From assembly GCA_965140445.1 (NCBI GenBank), contig OZ223236.1:480001-544000 (forward strand): 64,000 nucleotides of DNA, in the 5' to 3' direction. Of this stretch, positions 50,724 through 60,443 are shown one piece after another. Both the position numbers and the translations under genes were made by a program. Each line of letters begins with the position of its first letter. The first letter of the stretch is position 1. This stretch comes from Candidatus Ozemobacteraceae bacterium (GTDB taxonomy: Bacteria > Muiribacteriota > Ozemobacteria > Ozemobacterales > Ozemobacteraceae). Under the pieces are notes generated by a model. It saw only the letters and a list, made by a program, of their open reading frames with translations, did not search any database and was not told where the DNA came from.

Positions 50724-52120
50724 TTCAATAGATCCTTTTTGCTAAACTCTTTATTCTCAAATCTTATCCAGGGTATCAATGACAGAATGAAAATTTCATC
50801 CTGCTTTGAATTTGCTTTGAAGCGTTTATCGTAGTCTATTTCGCACTTTAGCCCATTAGAATGAGCGAAAAGACGGTCTACACCAAGACAACCAAAAATT
50901 TTAAAATTTTGAACATAGCTTTTAATTCCGGAGTTCAAAGTTGAATTATCTCCAAACGCCAGTAAAGCAGCTTCTATTGTATCCGTGGTTTTTACGTTTA
51001 TAGTTCTTTTTCGGGTAAAAAATACACATAGATCTTTGTTTTTATCGTTCAACTCTATTCCTGAATTGATTGTAATTCCTTCAGGGACAAGTAAGCCGCC
51101 TTTGCCAAATACTTTAATTTTTCCGCCGTTGGCTGGTTTTTTTAGATTTAAATGATCTTTTTGTATATCAACTAGTCCTGGAAGTCTAAGCTCTCCAGTT
51201 TTTTGATTATAGATTCCACTTTTTTCAAATGCTTTTGCCCCATTGAATCTGGCGGCATAAAGGGTACAGTTTCTAAATGGTCTGAATCCAGAAGATCCTT
51301 TTTGAAATACATTTGATAGTTTGGAATTTTTAAAATTGTAGACATCAGGAGCTGTACTCAAATAGTTTCCCTGAGTGGTTATTTTTGTAGTGATACCGAT
51401 AAAGACGTCTCCTGCGTTATTGGTTAGTTTTATACTTTGATCAGGAACCGAGTATCTCAAGTTTGCTCCCGAAGTTCCTGACTCTGCTTTTCCATCCCTC
51501 ACAAAAAGGGTGTAAGCCAAAGGGAAACCCATAGAGTATTTATCTTTTTCATATGCTACCAGGCATACGCTTTTGTAATCATAGTTTCTTGTGTGACTAC
51601 AGCTGGCAAGAAAGCTTGAACCCCTGAAAAGGGATGATGTGACATTAATCTCTATCGAAGCCAGTCCTTCTCCCGGGTAATAGTTGTCTCCCTGGGCGTT
51701 TTTTGTTTCCTGGTCATAAATTTTGGCATTGATTCTAAATCTGAATCCATCAATTGAAACTTCTTTTGGAATAGCAACTTTTACAATTTCAAGTAATTCG
51801 CTATCTTTTTCCAGGTTTTTCATCTCTTTTATTCCGGCCGAAGTAACCGAGTCTTTTAAGAATTTAAAAATCTTGTGTTCTGGATCCTGGGATGCTGCTC
51901 GGAGATAAGCAAAAGTTGCATCATGAACTATTTTGTTCAGTGAAGCCAATCTTTCTTCATTTAACTTTGAAAAAGATGTGGAAGACAGCTGTCGTGAAAA
52001 TGAGAAGTAAATTGGCATCATCAGACCCATAATCAAAACTACTGCCAACACCATGTAAAGGGCCATACCTTTTCTAGGCGATACTTCTCTTCTATGTAAT
52101 TTATGCCGTGTTTCTAACAA
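50720..52120 (-). CDS. PilX/GspK-like large pseudopilin
   Basis: RKG/MALYMVLAVVLIM, lacking Glu5 as is typical of PilX/GspK; overlaps the next pilin gene. Confidence 0.7.
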   Translation of the reverse strand: MLETRHKLHRREVSPRKGMALYMVLAVVLIMGLMMPIYFSFSRQLSSTSFSKLNEERLASLNKIVHDATFAYLRAASQDPEHKIFKFLKDSVTSAGIKEMKNLEKDSELLEIVKVAIPKEVSIDGFRFRINAKIYDQETKNAQGDNYYPGEGLASIEINVTSSLFRGSSFLASCSHTRNYDYKSVCLVAYEKDKYSMGFPLAYTLFVRDGKAESGTSGANLRYSVPDQSIKLTNNAGDVFIGITTKITTQGNYLSTAPDVYNFKNSKLSNVFQKGSSGFRPFRNCTLYAARFNGAKAFEKSGIYNQKTGELRLPGLVDIQKDHLNLKKPANGGKIKVFGKGGLLVPEGITINSGIELNDKNKDLCVFFTRKRTINVKTTDTIEAALLAFGDNSTLNSGIKSYVQNFKIFGCLGVDRLFAHSNGLKCEIDYDKRFKANSKQDEIFILSLIPWIRFENKEFSKKDLLK

Positions 52121-52143
52121 TTATTTTCTCCATTAAATTCTAA

Positions 52144-54531
52144 CTATTTACTCTTTGTTTTTTTGGTAATTCCCTTAACTTCTACAAAAATTTGCCCTTC
52201 TATGTTTCTTTTATAAGGCCTTCCGATCAGGGAAAGGTTGTCGCCAACCTTGAGGTTAAAGGAAGTTCCTGCTGGTGGCGAGATTATAAGTTGCTCTTCG
52301 GGAGTTGAAAGCGTTTTTACCAATGCGGCTTTTGTCTTAGGAAAGAGTTTTTCAACTTTCCCTTCATAGGTTGTTATTTTTGCCAGCACAGGTTTTAAGG
52401 CAACATCATTGGCACCTGGATCTGGAGTTTCTCTGAATAGCGCATAATAAAGAACGTTAAGTAATAAGAATAAACCCGCGAAAATCATGAGATTTCTGCG
52501 CCAGTTAAGCTTTTTGAGTTCGTCAATAGAGTCTGAGAGCGAGTCAGAAATAGAATCCCAGTTTAATGCGTCTTTCAGATCAGATAATTGCTGTTCCTGC
52601 TCATTTTTTTTATTGGATTCTTCTTGTTTTTTTTCTGCTTCGCTAGCTTTAACCTGAATAAAGAAGTCGATTTCTTCCTTTGTAGCCATGCCATTTTCTA
52701 TAAGAAAAGATGTTAGGTTTCTTTTGGCCTTTTCAAAAGCAGACAGATTTGTATAGTTAACTTTTCCTAAATGCTTAAGGTTATTTATGCTTTCTATCGT
52801 AGGATTAGCAAGGATTATTGATAAACCATCTTCTATCAGATCTGGTATTTCTTCTTTTTCCAGAAATTCAGTTAAAATTGGTGACAATGTGAAAAAGTCT
52901 ATGTGGATTGCGGCTTCCAGTCCATTTCTTCGAATATTAGGATCTGAACTTTCAAGCATGTGCTTTACCAAAAACTTCGCATAATCAGGGAACTCTTGTC
53001 CGGTGATTCGAATCAGACAGACTCTTACAAGCTGAGTTTCAGTATTCACAAATTTCTGCATTAATATCTGAAATTCATCTTTGTCAAAGACTGCCAGATA
53101 TTCTAGTGATGCGACTAAAAGCTTTTCATTTTTCGTTTTCAGAGATGACTTTGCAAATTGAACATAGTCTGAAATCTTTAACACGAGTGCTGCTTTTAAT
53201 GCAGCTGCAAGAAGATTTTCTGAGACGTTAGAGTTCATTTCTAAAACTTTTTTTACTTTATCTGAAGCTCCTGAACTTTTTTTGAAACGGGCGCGAGTAA
53301 ACTCTTTTATCAAAGAGGCTTCGTTGTTCAAATCAGCTTGCGGAGCTGGTGTTTGGCTTTCCTCCTTGCTGGCTGCATCTCCGCTTAAAAGAGCTTCAAG
53401 TTTTTGCTTGAGTTCTGGGTTTTTAACTTTTTCAATAGATTCGGAGATTGCATCCTTTACAAAATTGTTTTTTAGCTGTGCATGCAATTGTTTTAAGAGT
53501 TCAACCCTGATTTCATCATCTTCCTGGCTGTAACTTAACAGAATATTATTGACGAATTGCCGGGCACTAAGAATTTTGGGGTAATCCTGTAAATATGTGA
53601 TAAACGCTTTATAGTTCTCGCAAATTCCTGAAATTTCAATTGCTTTGCAATACTGAGGAATGAATTTTTTTAACTGCTCGGCTTTTTCTTTAGTGGTCTT
53701 TGGGATCATTGCCACCAGTCTGAAAGGAACTTCTTTGTCCGGGTTTGCCAGCAAAATAGTGCAAACCAGCTCAAAAATTTTCATTTCAGGATCATTGTAC
53801 ATAAGCAGCAGCAAGCTGTTTTTTATAAGAGAAAAGTCCAGAGTAGAACAAATTTTTAAAGCAGTAACTTTGTTGTAGTAATCACCTTTTTCAAAACATG
53901 CTTTTATAAAATCGGCGGCAAGCTGAGGGAAATGCTTGGCCATTCCTCTAATTGAAAGAGATCTTATTACCGGGTCATTTATAAAAACGAGTTTTGGAAG
54001 TTTGGCTTTAAGTATCGCAGGGAAATTCTTTACAAGTGTTTCTATACAAGCTATTTGTAGACTCTTGGCACTCGAAAATGCATTTTTTTCAAGAAATTCC
54101 ACCTGTGCCTCTGGCCAGTATTTTCTAAACTTTTTCACTATTTCAGCAGTTACAACATCATCTTTAGATGATTCAAGCAAAGCCGGTAGAACTGCATTCA
54201 TATCCAGATTGCGTAACTGGGTAACCTTTATGGAGTTTATTTGTGCTAACTGAATCTTTGCATCAACGTTTTTAAAAGCTTCCTGTAGATTTTCAATATT
54301 GGCTGTAGTTTCTTTTTTTTGCAGTTTATCTGAAAGTTTTGAAACAGCATGCTCCAATAAAAGCCTGCATTCTGGATCTTTTTCCTGTGGCAAAACCTCT
54401 TGCAGACAATCCAGAAGTTCCTGAGTAAAACCGGTTCTTAGAGCATTTTCAATTGCAAAAATTCTAATCGATTTTATTGGAGCAGATAATTCTATTTTTA
54501 ATTCTTCAATGTTCTGCAAAGTTTTCCCCAA
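52144..54531 (-). CDS. HEAT-repeat protein with C-terminal TM anchor
   Basis: DPVIRSLSIRGM and DPNIRRNGLEAA repeats; hydrophobic LMIFAGLFLLLNVLYYALF near the C-terminus. Confidence 0.75.
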   Translation of the reverse strand: MGKTLQNIEELKIELSAPIKSIRIFAIENALRTGFTQELLDCLQEVLPQEKDPECRLLLEHAVSKLSDKLQKKETTANIENLQEAFKNVDAKIQLAQINSIKVTQLRNLDMNAVLPALLESSKDDVVTAEIVKKFRKYWPEAQVEFLEKNAFSSAKSLQIACIETLVKNFPAILKAKLPKLVFINDPVIRSLSIRGMAKHFPQLAADFIKACFEKGDYYNKVTALKICSTLDFSLIKNSLLLLMYNDPEMKIFELVCTILLANPDKEVPFRLVAMIPKTTKEKAEQLKKFIPQYCKAIEISGICENYKAFITYLQDYPKILSARQFVNNILLSYSQEDDEIRVELLKQLHAQLKNNFVKDAISESIEKVKNPELKQKLEALLSGDAASKEESQTPAPQADLNNEASLIKEFTRARFKKSSGASDKVKKVLEMNSNVSENLLAAALKAALVLKISDYVQFAKSSLKTKNEKLLVASLEYLAVFDKDEFQILMQKFVNTETQLVRVCLIRITGQEFPDYAKFLVKHMLESSDPNIRRNGLEAAIHIDFFTLSPILTEFLEKEEIPDLIEDGLSIILANPTIESINNLKHLGKVNYTNLSAFEKAKRNLTSFLIENGMATKEEIDFFIQVKASEAEKKQEESNKKNEQEQQLSDLKDALNWDSISDSLSDSIDELKKLNWRRNLMIFAGLFLLLNVLYYALFRETPDPGANDVALKPVLAKITTYEGKVEKLFPKTKAALVKTLSTPEEQLIISPPAGTSFNLKVGDNLSLIGRPYKRNIEGQIFVEVKGITKKTKSK

Positions 54532-54739
54532 AAAGGCTAAGTTTTTAATAACAGTATGGCCTTATTTTTAATTAAAACAAACGGCTCTAGCAAGCTTTTT
54601 TTAAAAAAATAAAAGTTGTTACTTTTAAAAAATAAATTTCGTAAGCATCGGTTTTAGAATGACAAACTTTGTTTTGTAAAAGAATTTTACTCTGACAAAA
54701 GGCGGGTTATTCATTAGAATTAAGATATACAGGGTTAGA

Positions 54740-56002
54740 ATGTACGTAAAAAGAGAAAATAGCGTGAATAAAATTTTTAATAGGGTTGGACGGCCTGGTT
54801 CCGGATATGTTTTTCCGTTGATTCTCCTTGCCACGCTTGCTGTTGGTCTATTTATAGTCACTGTGGGGCAGCTTTCTGTATCCCACAAAAAACAGTTTAA
54901 CCATTTAAACCAATACCAGCATTCATTCAATATAGCTTACTCTGCTTTGGTTGAACTGCTGGCTGATGTAAAGAAAACTAAGTGGGCTAATAGAAAATTT
55001 AAAGCCAAACCGGTTGGCTATTCAAAAGATTTGTATGGGGGATCTTTTAATTTGCTTGCTGAGGATTACCCCAGTAAAGATTTTTATTTTAATGTGAAAA
55101 TTCGTGTTGTTTACCATGGCAAAACTAATTTGTTTTATTGGCGAATGAAGTATGAACCCAACATGTTAGATTTTAATTCCCTCGTTATACCTGTTTACTT
55201 TGCTCAATTTGATGATTCGACAGCTCCTGGTTATTTGGACGGATTGGACAAGGTTGTTGATGAAGACTTAAAAGTCAGAGATGATAATGCATCGAAGGCA
55301 AAAAAAATTGTTATAGCACTTAACGATAAGATCTCTCCCAAAGAAATTCTTCAAACCCTTGGTGCTCTGCCTAAGGGGTCGACTGTATCTGTTGTGGGCG
55401 GAGATGACACAAGGCCTCCTGAACTTGTTATTGTAATTAATTCAGGAGGGAATAATCCCAAGAAACTTACAGATATAATCGACGAAACAGAGGGTGCTGA
55501 CACCCCATCGCTAGGAGATGTAATTACTTCTTTACCTTTGACTGACATTTATCCTGGACCAATCAATGTAAATGTTGGTCTTTCGCGAAAAGAAATTGTA
55601 GTTTACTTCACCAGACTTCTTAAGTTGCCTGAAGTTTCAAGTGAGAGTGCAATTTCAGCTTTCGGAGATATTAATTCTGATTCCATTTTCAACAGAGCTC
55701 TTAGCGCAGCTTATGATAATGGGTTAGTGAAAGGATACACTAATGGAAATTTTGGACCAGATGATAAGATTCTAAGAGGCCACATGGCATTTTTGTTAAT
55801 CCAGGTAAAAGACTATACCGTTAATAGGATTTCTACCCCGGGAATTGCTGTAGAAGAAAAAAATAGACTAACCAAGATTAAAAGTTTTGCAGCCAAAAAA
55901 ATCCCAGAATATGCAGACATAAATCCTACTGTTGCCATGACCGTTGGAGATGGGTTAGGTGCTTTAACCGGTTTGCTTGATGATATAAACTCTGGAAACT
56001 GA
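54740..56002 (+). CDS. PilX/GspK-like pseudopilin with C-terminal SLH domain
   Basis: GSG/YVFPLILLATLAVGLFIV; FGDI....F..AL.AAYDNGLVKGYTNGNFGPDDKILRGHMA S-layer-homology motif. Confidence 0.7.
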   Translation: MYVKRENSVNKIFNRVGRPGSGYVFPLILLATLAVGLFIVTVGQLSVSHKKQFNHLNQYQHSFNIAYSALVELLADVKKTKWANRKFKAKPVGYSKDLYGGSFNLLAEDYPSKDFYFNVKIRVVYHGKTNLFYWRMKYEPNMLDFNSLVIPVYFAQFDDSTAPGYLDGLDKVVDEDLKVRDDNASKAKKIVIALNDKISPKEILQTLGALPKGSTVSVVGGDDTRPPELVIVINSGGNNPKKLTDIIDETEGADTPSLGDVITSLPLTDIYPGPINVNVGLSRKEIVVYFTRLLKLPEVSSESAISAFGDINSDSIFNRALSAAYDNGLVKGYTNGNFGPDDKILRGHMAFLLIQVKDYTVNRISTPGIAVEEKNRLTKIKSFAAKKIPEYADINPTVAMTVGDGLGALTGLLDDINSGN

Positions 56003-56553
56003 TGAAGAAAAATAATAAAAATCAAGGGTTCACTCTCGTAGAAACTGTCGTTGTAGTTGGAATTTTGAGCATTTTAGGCACTTTGATTATGCAATTTTTC
56101 ATTCAGGCAAGCAAAACTCAACCAAAGGTTACAGCTAATTTGCAGCTTCAATCTACAATCCTTACTGGCATGAATAAGCTTCTTAGGTCTGTTAGAGAAG
56201 GAATTCACTTTGTCACACCACGTTTGAACGAAGACTCACCAATTATTGTATTTCTTGATAAAAAAAAGAATTTTCAAACCATTTATGCAATTGAGGATGA
56301 GGAATATACTAAGCATTTTAAAAAGAAACTATTCAAGCTTGTCAGGTATGAAACAGAGACAGAACCATTTAGCCTTACGAGTCCGAGTCATGACCCAGAT
56401 AAAGTTAAACTTATTTGCAGAAACGTTGTTTCGTCTTCTTTCAGGCTTTCCAGCACTTATTCTGTAACAGCAAAAGTAAAATTTGCTAATGATTCTCAAG
56501 AATTTGAAATTGTTTCAGAAGCAAGCCTTATGAACGCTGAGGATGATAGCTAA
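56002..56553 (+). CDS. Prepilin-type pseudopilin/minor pilin
   Basis: KNQG/FTLVETVVVVGIL. Confidence 0.88.
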   Translation: MKKNNKNQGFTLVETVVVVGILSILGTLIMQFFIQASKTQPKVTANLQLQSTILTGMNKLLRSVREGIHFVTPRLNEDSPIIVFLDKKKNFQTIYAIEDEEYTKHFKKKLFKLVRYETETEPFSLTSPSHDPDKVKLICRNVVSSSFRLSSTYSVTAKVKFANDSQEFEIVSEASLMNAEDDS

Positions 56554-57845
56554 TGAAGAATTCAAAAAATGGAATGTCGCTCTTGGAGGTTATGATTGGG
56601 CTATTTTTAATTAGTTCAACCTCATTGATTTTTTTGAAGGCTATAAATTTATTTAAAACAGAATCGGCTTTTTACTCGGAGCACTTTTTAGCTACAAGCT
56701 TAAATGAAAAGGTATTAGAAACTTGCTTTCAGGAGACAGAACTGAATCCTTATGGATGCCAAACTCTTGGACTTGTTGACGCAAGTGGAAAACCTTTTGA
56801 ATTTGAAACTATGGTAACAGATGGGCAAACTAATTTTTTCAGATATCCAGACATTTCATCAAAAGAGACTCCGGTTCTTTATAAAAAGTTAAAAGATAAT
56901 TTTAAAATGAATATAAAATGCTCAAAGGATGATGGCAGCTTTTTTGAGGTCGAGTCTGGCTTTTCATGGTCTGCAAAAACAGGCAAAGGGGGAACCTCTT
57001 CTGTTTGTCGTTTTTTAACTTTCGATGGCGAAAAAGATGTCGAAACAACATATTCAATGACAGATGCTGATGTTGAAAAAAGATTGGTTGTAGACGTTTT
57101 CTATAAGTCTGATACTACTTCGCTTAACAGCTTGGTTTCAAGTATTGGGGCTCAAGAGTTGGTAATGAATATGGGACATATTTATTACCCTTGTTTTGAT
57201 TTATTCTCTGCCGATGAGTTTTATGAAAGATGCCAAAAATTAGAATCTATGGAAGCTCAGTCTTATGACCCAGCAGCTTCTGTTTACGCCAAGTGTTCGG
57301 AAGGATATTTTGAAATTGCAAAAGATATGTTGCATTTACTTATGTATTTAAGAACTAAATTAGAAGTGGTAAAGGAAAAGCAGAGTTTTTTGCCAACAAT
57401 AAATACTCAAGATCTTTCAAATGTTCAGGGATATCTTATAAAATCAATGAAATTCACCAAACAGATTGAGTATCTTTTTGCTGCAAGTGTTTCAAGGTTA
57501 GCAATAAGATACGAGAAGCAGTTTGATTCTGAGCTATTTTTTAGAGATAAGAAAAAACTTCTTCAAAGGATTTTCAACTTTTACAGGATTCTTTACGCTG
57601 TTAGATCACAAATCGATCCCCTTACTGAACCAACTCTTACAAAAACCGCAATTGAAAATAGAATTCAAAAGTTTCTTAAAAAAGTAGAAAAAGATTTTGA
57701 AAAAAGTGTCCCAGCTTTTTCAAGACTGGCTCGCCAGGAAATAGAGTTTTTCAAGAATAAAACGCTTGCTTCCAAATATTTTATCCCAAGGACGATTGAA
57801 ACATTGTTTAAAGATGTGAACGAGTTATCAATTCTCACTTTTTAA
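56553..57845 (+). CDS. Large prepilin-type pseudopilin with helical C-terminal domain
   Basis: KNG/MSLLEVMIGLFLI. Confidence 0.82.
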   Translation: MKNSKNGMSLLEVMIGLFLISSTSLIFLKAINLFKTESAFYSEHFLATSLNEKVLETCFQETELNPYGCQTLGLVDASGKPFEFETMVTDGQTNFFRYPDISSKETPVLYKKLKDNFKMNIKCSKDDGSFFEVESGFSWSAKTGKGGTSSVCRFLTFDGEKDVETTYSMTDADVEKRLVVDVFYKSDTTSLNSLVSSIGAQELVMNMGHIYYPCFDLFSADEFYERCQKLESMEAQSYDPAASVYAKCSEGYFEIAKDMLHLLMYLRTKLEVVKEKQSFLPTINTQDLSNVQGYLIKSMKFTKQIEYLFAASVSRLAIRYEKQFDSELFFRDKKKLLQRIFNFYRILYAVRSQIDPLTEPTLTKTAIENRIQKFLKKVEKDFEKSVPAFSRLARQEIEFFKNKTLASKYFIPRTIETLFKDVNELSILTF

Positions 57846-57846
57846 A

Positions 57847-59754
57847 ATGACACTATTTAAACGCATAAAAATTGAAGTAAAAAACTTTAATCTGCTTTTT
57901 CCTAAGAAGGATAAAGCTATTATTCTATCTGTAATTTTTCTGGTTTCCCTGCTTCTTATTCTTTACTCACCTTTAACAGATAGGTTTGAGCGAAAAGCTC
58001 TTGATTGGAAGTGCGAGCTAAACACCAGTTGGATCAATACTGAAGTCGTCACTGATACAATAATTCTTGCAATAGATAGCGAAACGCTTAGAAATGCTCC
58101 CTATAAATGGCCATGGCCCCAGGATTATTGGGCTAAGATTATTGCCAGTGTTTCCACAAATCTTGAACCTGAGATGCTTCTTTTGGATATTTATTTTCAG
58201 GAAAGAGGCAGTGAAAAAGAAAGCTCTGCGGCTTTTGCGCAAGCCATTAAGAAAAGCGGCCAGGTTGGATTGGTTGCTGTATTTGAGGAGCACTTTTCCT
58301 CAAAAGGCCAACAAGTTAAGTTTTTTCCACCCATCAAGGACTTGAAAAATGCTGCTAAATTTTGGGGAATGTCGCAGTTTCCGATTGATTCAGATGGAGT
58401 TATAAGAAGTTTCCTTCTTTTTGACTTTAGATTAGAAAAACTACATGTGGCCTGGGAGGCTTGCAAAAAACTCAAAAACTTTAATGTCAGCGATGACATT
58501 TTTGACTCCATGAAAAGCGCAAGAGCAATATTGAATTTTAAGTCTGATGAAAGAAGAATCCCCAGGGTTTCATTGCAGAAGGTGCTCAGAGCTGATTTCA
58601 ACTATCCAAGGCTGAAGGGACGAAACGTTATTATCGGTGCAACCGCTCCAATTTTGCACGACTACCATCAAACGCCAGTTGGAATAATCAATGGCCCGGA
58701 ACTTGTTGGAAACTCAATAGACACTCTTAAAAATGGAAGAATTCAGTTTATTGAAACTTCCTGGACAAACAGGGCTTTTCACTTCCTGCTTGGAGTGATT
58801 TTAGCTTTCATCCCGTTTCTGGATTGCTTCAAAAGAATCTGGATTCCCGTTGTTGTCGGTATGATTTTTCTACCTCTTTTCCTCATTTTTTACTCGTTCT
58901 ATCCATTAATTCACCCTCCGATAGCCATAACCTATATTGCCTTTTTCATTTTCAGCTGGCTTTTGCTTATTGTTATAAGATTAAACGAGCTTAATAGAAT
59001 TCAGCAGAGCCTTCACGAAGCGGAGATTTGTGGAAACATCCAGCAGAAGTTCTTTCCCACAAAGATCTTGAGTGTTGAGCCTGGATTTTCTGCTGCAGGA
59101 AGATGTATCCCTTATCAGAACGCTGGTGGAGACTATTACGACTATTTCAAGAATAAGCAGGGAAACGTTTTCTTTTTCCTTGGAGACGTAGCTGGGCATG
59201 GGATTTCAGCTAGTATGCTTACAACTGCTGCAAAGTCAGTAGTTTTAATTAACTCTGCAAAGGAATCGTTTGAGGTTCCAGATTTATTCCTGGACATCAA
59301 TTCAGCTATTTTAAATCTGACCAAGAGAAGGTTGCTATCGGCAGTTAGCGGTATTGTAGACTTCACAGAGCAAAAGATAATTCTCTATTCTGCGGGGCAT
59401 CTACCAGCTGTTTTAAAAACACCGGATGGGGTTACTGAATATCCTATAGCAGGTTTACCGTTAGGAGTTTCCAAGCGATTTAAGCTGCAGGAGTTCAAGG
59501 AACTCCCAATTCCAGAATGTGGAAAGTTATTTGTTTATTCTGATGGCATCGTGGAAGCAGTGAATTGGGAAAATGAACAGATTGGATTTGACAAGTTCTA
59601 TGAGATGATTGAAAAAATGCCCATGGAACTTTCAGTTGAAGAGTCTTTGGACTATTTGTATCAGCAGTTGGATCTTCATGTTGAAGGCCGAGCTTATGAA
59701 GATGACGTTACATTTTTAATATTGTCTTTTGACAAAAGAGAGGTTTCAGAGTGA
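57847..59754 (+). CDS. CHASE2 sensor - PP2C/SpoIIE (RsbU-like) phosphatase
   Basis: CHASE2 (ILAIDS..KWPWP, DSDGVIR, IIGATA..HD..TP.G..GPE), TM helices, GGDYYD, GDVAGHG, YSDGIVE, EDDVT. Confidence 0.93.
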   Translation: MTLFKRIKIEVKNFNLLFPKKDKAIILSVIFLVSLLLILYSPLTDRFERKALDWKCELNTSWINTEVVTDTIILAIDSETLRNAPYKWPWPQDYWAKIIASVSTNLEPEMLLLDIYFQERGSEKESSAAFAQAIKKSGQVGLVAVFEEHFSSKGQQVKFFPPIKDLKNAAKFWGMSQFPIDSDGVIRSFLLFDFRLEKLHVAWEACKKLKNFNVSDDIFDSMKSARAILNFKSDERRIPRVSLQKVLRADFNYPRLKGRNVIIGATAPILHDYHQTPVGIINGPELVGNSIDTLKNGRIQFIETSWTNRAFHFLLGVILAFIPFLDCFKRIWIPVVVGMIFLPLFLIFYSFYPLIHPPIAITYIAFFIFSWLLLIVIRLNELNRIQQSLHEAEICGNIQQKFFPTKILSVEPGFSAAGRCIPYQNAGGDYYDYFKNKQGNVFFFLGDVAGHGISASMLTTAAKSVVLINSAKESFEVPDLFLDINSAILNLTKRRLLSAVSGIVDFTEQKIILYSAGHLPAVLKTPDGVTEYPIAGLPLGVSKRFKLQEFKELPIPECGKLFVYSDGIVEAVNWENEQIGFDKFYEMIEKMPMELSVEESLDYLYQQLDLHVEGRAYEDDVTFLILSFDKREVSE

Positions 59755-60359
59755 AAAAAACTACAACATTAATGTTTGCCGGAATGCTTTTCCTTTTCTC
59801 CATGGGATGTGGTTCTTCAAGTGAGCCTGTAGCTGTTTTGAAAGAAACTAAAGGGGAAGTAAGCTTTACCGAGAAAGCATCGAATAGATTTGTTAAGGCA
59901 GAAACCGGTAAGAATATTTTTGATGGCGGAGCGGTGAAAACAACTTCTGAAGCTTCAGTCGAGCTTGAATTTATCAAAGACAAAACCAACGTAAAGGTTG
60001 GTGAGAATACATATTTTGAAGTAAAAAACTTTTCAAAGAAAGAATTGAAACAGATGGGTGGAGTTGCTATTTACAATATTTCACCTCAGGATAAGGAACT
60101 GACTGTAGAAACCCCAAATGGAATGGCGACTGTTTTAGGAACAGTTTTTAGAATTGATGTCGCTGCCACCTATACACAGCTTATTGTTGAACGTGGAAAA
60201 GTTCAATTTGCTAAAGGCGACAAAAAGGTTGTTGTAGAAGCAGGAAAATACTATTCAACTGCTCAAAAAGGTGATCCAAAAGCCGAAGTTTTTGATCCTT
60301 TTGAGCTTGAAAAGCTTTTCTCAGGAACTAGTTTAAAGCAGGGATACAATTTAAGATAA
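59751..60359 (+). CDS. FecR-domain lipoprotein
   Basis: Lipobox-like LFSMGC; VETPNGMATVLGTVF..V.RGKV FecR motif; overlaps the phosphatase stop. Confidence 0.8.
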   Translation: MKKTTTLMFAGMLFLFSMGCGSSSEPVAVLKETKGEVSFTEKASNRFVKAETGKNIFDGGAVKTTSEASVELEFIKDKTNVKVGENTYFEVKNFSKKELKQMGGVAIYNISPQDKELTVETPNGMATVLGTVFRIDVAATYTQLIVERGKVQFAKGDKKVVVEAGKYYSTAQKGDPKAEVFDPFELEKLFSGTSLKQGYNLR

Positions 60360-60443
60360 TTGTTTTTTAAGTTGTTACTTAGAAAAAAAAAATCTCGTAA
60401 GTAATTCCAGAAAGTGAAATACCAATATCCCATGGAGGGTAAG

